Below are positions 19,059 to 29,400 of a DNA stretch of 64,000 nucleotides, in pieces. Below the pieces are notes generated by a model, which searched no databases, was not told the DNA's origin, and saw only the letters and a program-made list of their open reading frames with translations. The translations under genes were made by a program, and so were the position numbers. Within the stretch, counting starts at the first letter, position 1, and every line of letters starts with the position of its first letter. The stretch is from a virus. Location: IMG/VR virus record IMGVR_UViG_3300032285_000709, positions 10,856 through 74,855 of that record; one strand, written 5' to 3'.

Positions 19059-19215
19059 ATATCACTGGATCAAAACTATTGTTGAAGACGATAATGGAGA
19101 ACTGATTCTAGACCTTAAAGAAGCCTGTGAAGAATTAGGGTGGAAAGAAGGTGATGTTATTGAATGGATCGACAATAAAGACGGTACATGGACCATTAAG
19201 AAAAAAGATGACTGA
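19051..19215 (+). CDS. AbrB/MazE-like small DNA-binding protein, 54 aa
   Basis: DNGELIL...LGWKEGDVIEW; absent from ORF track. Confidence 0.7.
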   Translation: MSRYHWIKTIVEDDNGELILDLKEACEELGWKEGDVIEWIDNKDGTWTIKKKDD

Positions 19216-19810
19216 AGTTATAGATGATGTATTTTCCGACAAGTTCTTTACTCAGTATCTGTTAGAAGGACTTATTTCCACTAAAGGGTGGCAAATATGT
19301 TCTGATAATTTTTATGAGTCATCTGTAGGTGATAGCGACTTTGAATCTTCAAAATACAGCGATCCCGGAGTTATTTTAGAAACATTTAATCAAGAAAGAC
19401 CGCCACAAGAAAGATTTGGTGATCATAGACTAAATGCCTACGGTGATTTAATCTTTACCAAAATTTTACATCTTAGCCAATACCAGTACGAAGGAGTTGG
19501 AGTGCTTCGTTACTTTTGGAATTATTACAACAGAAGTTCTACAGGACTATATCATTTGGATATGACTGATGCTGATCCACCTGGCAATTACTGTAGTATT
19601 GTATTTTACATTAACGAATCTGACGGTGGCACATATTTGGAAAAAGAGTTCTTTGAACATAAGGCAAATCGTGCTATAATATTTAATAGTAAAACCCCAC
19701 ATAGAGGAGTTGGCCCAACAAACGCAAAGCAACGTTGGAATTTAAACATCATTTTTAAATATGATACTGTGTCAAAAAAGACCGGCACATCGAATAGAAT
19801 CTTACTATGA
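19208..19810 (+). CDS. 2OG-Fe(II) oxygenase superfamily protein
   Basis: HLD, DGGT, HRG, R motifs. Confidence 0.8.
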   Translation: MTEVIDDVFSDKFFTQYLLEGLISTKGWQICSDNFYESSVGDSDFESSKYSDPGVILETFNQERPPQERFGDHRLNAYGDLIFTKILHLSQYQYEGVGVLRYFWNYYNRSSTGLYHLDMTDADPPGNYCSIVFYINESDGGTYLEKEFFEHKANRAIIFNSKTPHRGVGPTNAKQRWNLNIIFKYDTVSKKTGTSNRILL

Positions 19811-20835
19811 TTAAAAAAATTGGGTTCGCCTGCAAATGGATTGACGGACCTAGCCAAATCGACGGTATCAAACAAACCGATACTGCTAAACAATTCAACA
19901 CGGGCACAACTACAGTCGCGTGGTTAAATAGACAATCACGCGATGTGGCGGAGCAAAAGTTATGGGACCTAATGGTAGGCAATATCGAAGCAACAAGGAG
20001 GCTTGTTGAACGTGTCTCCACACTTGATCCTCACCTTAGGATGGTTAGGCTTTCTAGCGACATTCTTCCTGTTTATACTCACGAGTCTTTTGCTGATTAT
20101 TGGCGCCAACCTGATGTTATATCATACGCCGAAACCCACTTTGCGCGAGTGGGCGATATTGCTCGGAATAGCGGTGTTCGACTTAGTATGCATCCTGGCC
20201 AGTTTACTGTCTTGGCAAGTGATAACCCAGGCATTGTCCAACGTTCGTTAGAGGAGTTTGAGTACCATGCAGATATGGCGAGATTTATGGGCTACGGCAA
20301 GACGTTTCAAGATTTCAAGATCAATGTGCATATCAGTGGACGACAGGGCCCTGAAGGTATTCGTCGTGCCTATAGCAAACTCTCGCCAGAAGCAAAGAAT
20401 TGTATTACTATCGAAAACGAAGAAAACGCATGGGGATTAAATGACTGTCTCACTCTTATTGATATTTTGCCTATCGTGCTTGACATACATCATCATTGGA
20501 TTCGTGAGGGAGAGTACATACAGCCTGGAGACGACCGCGTCAAGCGAGTTGTGGACTCTTGGCGGGGTGTTCGCCCTACTATGCATTACAGCCTATCTCG
20601 TGAAGATGTACTTGTAGATCATTGCCCTTTAACTATCCCCAACCACGCTATGTTGCTAGAACAAGGATACAAAAAGCAAAAGCTCAGAGCACATTCTAAC
20701 TTCTACTGGAATAAACCAGCGAATGAATGGGCACTGAGCTTTTTAGGTACACACGATATTATGTGTGAGTCTAAGGCTAAAAACTTAGCCAGCTTTGCTT
20801 TGGCTGAGCAGGCTCGAGAGCTTACTTTGCTTTAG
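19807..20835 (+). CDS. uvsE: UV damage endonuclease
   Basis: IGFAC, RLSSD, SMHPGQF, IENEE, LDIHHH, AHS, MCESKAK. Confidence 0.95.
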   Translation: MIKKIGFACKWIDGPSQIDGIKQTDTAKQFNTGTTTVAWLNRQSRDVAEQKLWDLMVGNIEATRRLVERVSTLDPHLRMVRLSSDILPVYTHESFADYWRQPDVISYAETHFARVGDIARNSGVRLSMHPGQFTVLASDNPGIVQRSLEEFEYHADMARFMGYGKTFQDFKINVHISGRQGPEGIRRAYSKLSPEAKNCITIENEENAWGLNDCLTLIDILPIVLDIHHHWIREGEYIQPGDDRVKRVVDSWRGVRPTMHYSLSREDVLVDHCPLTIPNHAMLLEQGYKKQKLRAHSNFYWNKPANEWALSFLGTHDIMCESKAKNLASFALAEQARELTLL

Positions 20836-21088
20836 GCTTTTTAGCGGCTGTGGTTTTCTTTGCCGCTGGCTTTTTAGCTGTTGCTGTTGTCTTGCGTGGA
20901 GCACGTGGCTTCTTGGCAGGCTTTTCTTCAGCTACAACTGGTGCAGTAACTTCAGCAACAGGTGCCGGTGTTTCTACTTTGTACGGTACGGCTTCAGCCT
21001 GTTCAGCTTCAACTAAATCTTTTGGTTTACGGCTGTAATATACAACTGCACCAAGAACGACCGCGATAAGAACTAAAATAATTTCCAT
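20822..21088 (-). CDS. membrane-anchored Lys/Ala/Pro-rich protein
   Basis: AAGGAAGG RBS on - strand, N-terminal TM, histone-H1-like tail; TAAATA upstream (21119-21124). Confidence 0.8.
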   Translation of the reverse strand: MEIILVLIAVVLGAVVYYSRKPKDLVEAEQAEAVPYKVETPAPVAEVTAPVVAEEKPAKKPRAPRKTTATAKKPAAKKTTAAKKPKAK

Positions 21089-21132
21089 GGTATTATACCT
21101 TCCTTTTAAAAGTACAGCTATTTAATATCTCA

Positions 21133-21264
21133 TAAATACCAGGGAGCTAGAAAAAGAGTCAAGCGCCGATTTGCCGTTTAGCCACGCTGGCTGTGCTAGA
21201 AAAAGAAATAGGGAAAATTCATAGCTTGCGGATCCTCGGATGCCCTATTGACCGCTTGACAGGA
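21133..21264 (+). ncRNA. candidate structured 5' leader of sod
   Basis: nested inverted repeats and a 12-nt direct repeat after a TAAATA promoter. Confidence 0.4.
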
Positions 21265-21272
21265 TATTTACC

Positions 21273-21830
21273 ATGTATAATTTTATCAAAACTATTGCTG
21301 AAGGACGTACTCCAAAGGAATTAACCCAGATTTCTTTACCGTATGCTCACGATGCGTTAGGTCGCAGTTTAAGTAAACAGGCTATCAGTTATCACTACGG
21401 AAAACTGTATAAGGCCTATGTTGATCGCTTTAATGCAGGTGAGGGCGATTCTAACTTCAACGAAGCTGGAGCATACTTACACAGCATATATTTTAGCCAA
21501 TTTCGTCCACCTAAAGGTAGTAATAAACCAGACGGATCTATCTTGGTGTTTATAGAAAAGTATCATAAGACATGGGATACCTTTCAAGAAGCTTTTGAAA
21601 AGACTGCTATGGGCATACAAGGTAGCGGATGGGTCTATCTAGCGAAAGATGGCAAAATTAAAACAATCGTTAATCACGAAATCAAGGACGATATTGTATT
21701 GTTAATTGATTGGTGGGAACATGCCTGGGCACTTGACTATCAAGCCGATAAACAAAAATATTTGTCCAATCAATGGAAGATTATAGACTGGTCAACTATT
21801 AACAATAGAATATTTGATTTTAAACTTTAA
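21273..21830 (+). CDS. sod: Fe/Mn superoxide dismutase
   Basis: LPY, YHYGK, LHSIYF, GSGWVYL, DWWEHAW (all four metal ligands). Confidence 0.92.
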   Translation: MYNFIKTIAEGRTPKELTQISLPYAHDALGRSLSKQAISYHYGKLYKAYVDRFNAGEGDSNFNEAGAYLHSIYFSQFRPPKGSNKPDGSILVFIEKYHKTWDTFQEAFEKTAMGIQGSGWVYLAKDGKIKTIVNHEIKDDIVLLIDWWEHAWALDYQADKQKYLSNQWKIIDWSTINNRIFDFKL

Positions 21831-21842
21831 AGAAGCTATAAT
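21814..21842 (+). promoter_or_regulatory. sigma70 promoter TTGATT-17-TATAAT
   Basis: ATG 6 nt downstream. Confidence 0.75.
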
Positions 21843-21848
21843 AGTTAA

Positions 21849-22586
21849 ATGCTAAAAATAAAAAATCTTAATATAAAATCAGCAGAACAAGAACTAATCA
21901 AAGATGTCAATCTAGAAGTCAAACCCGGAGAAGTACACGCTATCATAGGGCCAAGCGGCAGTGGCAAGAGTGCGCTAATGATGGGATTATGCGGATTGCC
22001 ATTTGTAGATGTAGCATCAGGATCTATCACATATAAGTCAAAAAGCCTGTTAAAACAAACAGTCAGCGAAAGAAGCCTAAACGGTATCGCTTCAATATTT
22101 CAACATCCTGTAGAAATTCCTAACACAACCAATTGGGAACTGTTTTGTAATATACTTAAACACAGACAAGATCCTAGATCTCCTGCAGACTTAAAACCAC
22201 TGTATGACGAAACAGCAGAGAATCTAGGGCTAAGTATTGCTCACGGATTTAAAGCAGTTGATAGTGACAGCATGACACACGCCGAAGCTATGCTCAACGA
22301 ACTCTTAATATCTTTTTTACTTGATCCAAACTTATTGTTAGTAGACGACATAGACGAGAAATTAGAAGTTAACGACAAAACAAAAGTCGCATTAAATATA
22401 AAGAACTTCATTCACACCAAGCGAAGAGCGGGTATTATCTTTAGCAAAGATAAAAACGTGTTAAAGGACATAGAACCCACACACGTACATGTCATTGCAA
22501 ATGGTCAGATAGTTCTCAGCGGTGGAATTGAAATACTAACAAGGATTGAAGAAGATGGGTATTCAGAGCTTCCTACAAGCAAATAA
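21849..22586 (+). CDS. sufC: SufC-like ABC ATPase, degenerate
   Basis: GEVHAIIGPSGSGKS, FQHPVEIP, PTHVHV..G.IV.SGG; signature motif and catalytic Glu altered. Confidence 0.8.
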   Translation: MLKIKNLNIKSAEQELIKDVNLEVKPGEVHAIIGPSGSGKSALMMGLCGLPFVDVASGSITYKSKSLLKQTVSERSLNGIASIFQHPVEIPNTTNWELFCNILKHRQDPRSPADLKPLYDETAENLGLSIAHGFKAVDSDSMTHAEAMLNELLISFLLDPNLLLVDDIDEKLEVNDKTKVALNIKNFIHTKRRAGIIFSKDKNVLKDIEPTHVHVIANGQIVLSGGIEILTRIEEDGYSELPTSK

Positions 22587-23382
22587 AGGCGATCCTGATT
22601 GGCTTTATAGCCCAGAAGAATATTTTGGCAAGCAGTTTAAACTCAGTGAACCAAACATGGTTGAACTGAAGGAGGGCCGAAAAGATAGTGTAGTATTACG
22701 TCACAATCCTACAGAAAAGGGCTTAATAGCCAAACATCTTAAAATAGATCTTAGAGATAACAGCCAACTCGATCTTACGATTTTAAACGAAACTACTCCA
22801 AAATTACAGCAAGTATGCTTATACGATATTCATATTAGAGAAGGTGCTACACTGAATCTAGGGGTATTTGTTAAGGGTGGCAAACTCAATAAACATATAT
22901 TTCAAATAGAAATCGACGATGGTGCCAGTTTAAGCAATTACGGTTATATGAATAACAATGATTCGGGCGACACTGAAGTTGTTTTTAAAATATATCAAAA
23001 GGGCGCAGAATCATTATGTACACAGTTAATTGCCGGAGAGGCAGGGCCTAATAGTCAGACCGTGTATCAAGGCATGGTACATATCGACGAAGGGGCTGAG
23101 ATGGCCGAAACTGGCATAGAAAACGTTAATATCATTACAGGTTCTAACGGAAAATGCTACAGCAAGCCAGAAATCGATAGCCATAACGAAACTACAAGAA
23201 TGCGCTACGGTAGCCAAACTGCGTTCATAGATGATTCTATGTTGTTATACCTTAACAGCAAAGGGCTAACAGATGGTGTGGCGAGAAACCTTATTCTAGA
23301 GGGTTTTAAGAACACCGTATTCAATTTAATTCCCCAAGAAGATTTACAGCAAGAAGTGAGACAAATGTTTGATTTAGATTAG
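22555..23382 (+). CDS. sufD: SufD/SufB-like beta-helix protein
   Basis: YQGMVHI..GA, SKPEI, YL.SKGL....ARNLILEGF. Confidence 0.75.
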   Translation: MGIQSFLQANKGDPDWLYSPEEYFGKQFKLSEPNMVELKEGRKDSVVLRHNPTEKGLIAKHLKIDLRDNSQLDLTILNETTPKLQQVCLYDIHIREGATLNLGVFVKGGKLNKHIFQIEIDDGASLSNYGYMNNNDSGDTEVVFKIYQKGAESLCTQLIAGEAGPNSQTVYQGMVHIDEGAEMAETGIENVNIITGSNGKCYSKPEIDSHNETTRMRYGSQTAFIDDSMLLYLNSKGLTDGVARNLILEGFKNTVFNLIPQEDLQQEVRQMFDLD

Positions 23383-23453
23383 CCAACTGGCTGTTTATTG
23401 GTAAATACCCGTATAATACTATAAACCTGGAGTATGGAGTAAAATTACTCCAA

Positions 23454-23459
23454 TAAATA
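23454..23459 (+). promoter_or_regulatory. late promoter TAAATA
   Basis: T4-like late box before the structural operon; same box at 1108, 16256, 21133, 36289, 41439, 44784, 45394, 50503, 57218, 59990 and on - strand at 21119 and 41375. Confidence 0.7.
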
Positions 23460-23478
23460 TAGGAACGTAGGGAAAAAC

Positions 23479-26400
23479 ATGCCATCAATTTCAACAGCCA
23501 GTCTAATTCAATCAATTAACTTAGGTGCCCAATCTAACGACGGAACGGGTGACGCAATACGTGATGCGTTTAATAAAGTCAATCAAAACTTTTCAACAAT
23601 CGCAGGAGTTTTAGGTGTAGGTTCTGGATTATATTTTACCAAACTTATCGATACACCACACGTTTTATCACCAAATAAATTAATTGTAACTAACCCAACA
23701 GGGTTAACTCTCACCCAAGTTAGTTTAGTTGGTCGCAATGGTATACAACTAACACTAGATCAAACAGCTAAAACGCTGACTGTTGACTCAACTATTACCA
23801 ACTTAGTTAGAGACCCAAATCCAATATTAGCAAATAACCTAAGCGGAAACTATGTTTATAGAGGTGTAAATTTCGTTGACCCAGTCGACGACCAAGACGT
23901 TGCAACAAAGAAGTGGATCTACGATAACTTCCTAAATCGTGACGGTAACTATGAATATATTTCCAACACCAATCCAATCACACATGCAAATGTAACTGCA
24001 ACGATTGTTGAAGGTAGTACTATACGCCACAACATACAATTAACACCTAGCGGAGCGAATACCAGCACAAACACAGGCAAGACTATCACTGTGTTTACTG
24101 CGTCTGGAACTACTTCAACCGTAGACATTAGTCGAGGACAGTGGTTACCCAGCCATGTAACACGTAAAGATTATGTTGATACTAAAATTAGTTTACAAGG
24201 TACCAGCACAATTGATCCGTTCACTGGACAGATAAACACCGGCTTTGGTAAGATGACCGGCGGATTAGAATTATTCCGCAGTCCAGCAGAAAGCGACAGT
24301 CCATTAATTGCCGCAACAAAAGCATACGTTGACGAGAATAGTCCAATTAGTAAAATTAACTTTTATGTTAGTTTAGCTGGCAACGATGCACGTTATGATG
24401 TGCCATCATACAAGCGTGGTAGATCTTTAGCCTATGCGTTTAAATCTATCGGTAAGGCCGCGGCGGCCGCCATTGAATCTGAAGCAGTTAGTGAAATTAA
24501 ATTAGGTCCATATCAGCGTTTCATTACTACTGATAACTATCAAACCAACGTACAAATTTCTAGTACGTCTACCAGTTTGATTCCTAATGCAATCAAACTT
24601 AATGTTACTTACAACGGTGGTCTAGGAACTGATCCGTTCAAAGAGCGAAGTATCCGCCCTGGTATGTTCTTACAAGGTGCCGATAGTAATGCAATGGCTA
24701 ATATATTAAACATCAGCTTAGCCAGCAATAGTAACGTAGAAGAATACTACGAAGTACAATACGTCGATTACGCACAAACATTTACCAGCGCAATTACCGC
24801 AGACAAACTCAGCGGCGATGTTACTTTTACCTTGTTTAACTATAACATAGTTCCTATCCCAGATTTCTGGATCGGATACATATTCCAACTTGAGCAAAGT
24901 GTCGGCGGGCAATCTGGTAAGATTATTAAAGTAGGCACTACTTATGACCCTAACGGAAATGTATACGATACATTCACTGTTAGAATGGACAGCGACCTAA
25001 CTAACCTTAACGCTATTTCTGGAACCAATTGGCACGTTTATTCTGGTTACTTTATTCAAGGCGAAAACTTACGATATGGTCAAAAGTATAACAAGTTAGA
25101 AATCAGCTTGATTGTTGAGTCGGGTGAATACAATGAGCAGTTCCCGATTCGTATGGCAGACAACGTGTCATTGCGTGGTGATGAATTCCGCCGTACTATT
25201 TTCAAACCAGCCTACGTAAACGGTACTGCTCGTGCAAGTATCAGTACATCACCTTGGGTTAATATTTGGTTCCGTAGAGATACACAAGTCGACGGCTTAA
25301 TCACATGTGCAATTAGTACAGCAACAGACTACGCATCTACACTAACTCAAGTATCTGTGATTCCATCTAGCGTAACTAACGATGCTACTACCGGTGTAAC
25401 TACATTTACTCTTAGCACCAGTAGCTCAGTTACTACACCAAAAAACTGGACTAACAAAGTATTTGCAAAATACAATCCAGATGGTAAGACTTACGCCGCT
25501 GTCGGAACTATTACCGCAGTCAACCAAAATACATTCTTTGTTAACTTAGCCGAGAACTATGACAACCAACGATCAATTGGTAGTACTGCTACCATTGCCA
25601 GCGGTGCGTGGCATGTGTTTGATCCTATTAACTTCGGTTATCATTATCTACGTGATCCTTCAAAACCAGCAAACTATATTGCAGGTCCAAACTCAGGCGG
25701 ACACGTACATGCCTATAACATTATTCAAGGCAATATAGAATTCTTAAAATCTGAAATATTCGGTTATGTAAATCAAAAATATTCCGGACAGTTTGTACTT
25801 GATCCTGTTAAGTGTAAACGAGATATTGGAATCTTACTAAATGCGATCGCATACGATCTTAAGTTTGGTGATATTAATCAATCGATTAACGCCGCAGATT
25901 CTTTTGTCAGCGACCCTAGTATTCTTTCAACAAGCTATGGAGCCAAGCTACCATTAACAGTGGACATGGTTGGATATATCAATACTATTTTACAAAGAGT
26001 GTTGATCAACGTTGCACCAACAACAAAATACTCGGTTGCTGTGCAAACTACATTTAGTTACAGCGCAGAAAGTGTAGCACTCTTTACCATAGCTGATTTA
26101 ACAGCGGCAATGCAGGCAATCATTAATAAAGATCCTAGCTTTAATCCTGCCAAGTATAATGACCAGTTAGACGTGTTCTTGATGAACGATGCGACCATCT
26201 TACGCTATTGCGGTGGTCAAGGTCACGGCGGTTTCATGAAAGTTCTTGACCCAGAAGGTCAAATTAAATCTAAGTCACCGTATACACAAACATGTTCTAG
26301 CTTCTCTAGATCAGTAGGTCACCACACATTCTCTGGTGGTATGTTAGTTGACGGATTCTGCGGTAACTTGCCATTAACTGTAACAACTCCAGGTCAGGCC

Positions 26401-29400
26401 GCACAAGCTGATACTCAAGGTAACTTAATCTTTATTCCTGTATCTGGTCTAGTACGTAAGCCACAGTTCCCATGTTTCTTTATCGACAACGGTATTAGCT
26501 ACGAAGTAGATTATATGAATTCATATAATTCGCTTGCAGGTACTGCGGTACTGGCGTTGAACTCAAACAACCCCGGTGGTTTCCAAAGCGTATCTATACA
26601 GAATGCGGCCGCTGAATTCCAAGCCAGCAGAACTCAATCTAACCCAATCTATTGTACCTTTATTAACCCAGGTATTGCTGGAGCTATCAGTGCAAAAGGG
26701 TTTGTTACAACTGATGCAAACGGTGTAATAAACGGCTTCAACGTAACATTCCCAGGTAAAGGTTATGTTGGACAGCCAACTATCATTGTTGGTCAAGCTA
26801 CGTTCAACTTTAGCATAGTCGGCGGTGTTATTAAATCAATGACCGTTAACAACGGCGGTAGTGGTTACACAACTGGCACAAAACTTACTATTTCATCACC
26901 AGGTGGTGGCGGTACACAAGCAACTGCAACTATTACAGGTGTTGACGGTAATGGTGCTATTACCAGTGTTAATTTGTCATATGGCGGTACTGGTTATAGT
27001 CTCAGTGTTACCCCAACTGTTACCTTTGGTCTACAATCATTTAGTGCTGTACTAAAAAATGGCTTTGTTGGTCCTCTGCCATTTAACATTGAACTTAATA
27101 CTGCTGGTAACCGTTCTATGTTGGCTAACGACTATACACAGATTAACGACTTAGGTTATGGTGTATTTGCAACTAACGGTGGTTTGATAGAAAACGTTAG
27201 TATGTTCACATACTATAACTGGACTTCTTACTATGCTCTTAACGGCGCACAAGTTCGTAGTATTACTGGGTCAAGCTGTTACGGTTTCTACGGTCTAGTA
27301 TCTGAAGGTTCAAATCCTTTAGAAATTCCTACACCAGTTACATTGCCTGATCAGCTAACACAAGTAGCAACAGTTTACAATCAAGCACCATATCAAAACG
27401 TTGCAGGTGGTGCGCAATTCTATGTGACTATCGATTCTACATACGGATATGCACCGTTCGCCGGAAGCGAAGTTGAAGTTAACCATTATGGTATTAGAAA
27501 GATCTATAACATACAAAATGCATCACAGGTAGTTAATAATGTGTATGTTCTTAGTATCGACACTACCGCTATTGGCGGCATTTACGCGGCAATCCCAGAT
27601 GGCACACCAGTAACTATTCGATTACAAACACAATTTAGATTGTATGGTCTTAACGCATCTGCGGTTACACGCCCAAGTACAGTATTAACACTTAACGAAG
27701 AATCAACATATATCTATCGTATTTTGAATTATGTTAATCTAGGCAGTGACTATGTATTAGCAGAATCAGAGGAAGCATACGACTATATTAGCATTACTCC
27801 GTATACAATAAACAGTAACTTCCGTCAAGGTATTGGACGACCTAGTTTTATATCAACAGGTTCTGGCTACACAACTACCGCAAATTGGACTGCCACTGTT
27901 GTAACACCTACAACCAAGTCGGCAGTAGTTCTAGGAAACCAAGGTACTGCTCAAGTAGGTGTAACTCAACTTAGTATTGCGTCTGCCAGTGGTCCAATCC
28001 ATCCTGGAATGACTATTACTGGTAACGGTGTATTGTCTGGACAACAGGTACTATGGGTAAGTGCAGATACTTCAGTTATTCAAACAACATTGGCACAACA
28101 ATGGACAGCAAGTACTACACTAAGCTTCATCGGTAGTACTGCAACTGCTTACGCAGTATCCGATCAAGCATCTGGTTACATTACAAATCTAGTAATTACT
28201 GATCCAGGTGTAGGATACGACTCTGCTCCAGCTGTAACTATTTGGCCAAGTCCAGTCGGTGTATCGGGTAACGCAAGTGTAACAGTTTCATTGTCTGGTA
28301 TGGTTGGTTCAAATGTTATTAAGACTTCTAATATCAAATCTTCAGATATTGCGAGAATTAACGCAGGCTTAACTGCGTCAACACCTTACTACTACCAATT
28401 CGGTTACGAAGGTCAGATGTATAAGATAACCAAATACGTTCCTGCAGGTACTCGTACGAAATATAACGATACCAGCGTAACAGGCGGTTCTTGGAATGAG
28501 ATTGAAATTACTCCGATCCAATCTGGTGCTACTTCGATGACTAAGGAGCTTTGGTATTCTAGTACACAGCCATTGTATGCTGGTATAGAGAAAAACCAAG
28601 GTGGTGCTGTAACTATACAGATTTCAACAATGCGTGCCACAGGCCACGATATGTTGAACGTAGGTACTGGTGGATATGCAAGTTCTAAATATCCAAACGA
28701 TCTATACGGTCCTCCAACATATCTACCTGACGCAGGTAAGATCACTAGAGAAGTTGGCAAAGGTCGTGTTTACTCAGTAACTACCGACCAAGACGGTAAC
28801 TTCCGTGTTGGTAAGTACTTCTCCGTAGACCAAGGTCGTGGTACTGTAACAATCAATGCGCCAATCGCATTAAGCGGTATTAGCAAACTATCGTTTAAGA
28901 AGGGCGTCGAAGTTGACAACTTCTCAATCGACGAAACGATGGCAGGTAACAGTCCACGTACTGTTCCTACAGAATCTGCCATCGTAGGCTACGTTGGTCG
29001 TAGATTAGGTTTTGATACATCTGGTAATAAAACATCAGTGCTTGGCCCAGGTGCTATTGCAACCAACGGTGTGATACCAATGGCGGCTCCATTGAATATG
29101 GCCGGCAATAAAGTAACTAACGTAGGTACTCCGACAGGCGGAACTGATGCGGCAAACAAAGATTATGCCGACGACAAAATAAGCAAACGAGGAACTAACG
29201 AGTTATTTTACAAAGGTGGTCAAGGCGCAGGTGTAATGAGCGGTTCGTTGATATTAAACGGCGATCCTAAAGTTGTTACACATACATTATCATCCCAAGT
29301 TAACAGTGGCGATGGATTACTATACTTAGACAGCACCGCTGGTATCGTGCCTGGTATGCAGGTTACTTACGACCCAGGAGTTGGATCATTTGGCTTTATC

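Noticed and set aside
21256-21281. TTGACA...TATAAT around the sod start
   Set aside because: Spacer only 14 nt and -10 lies inside the CDS
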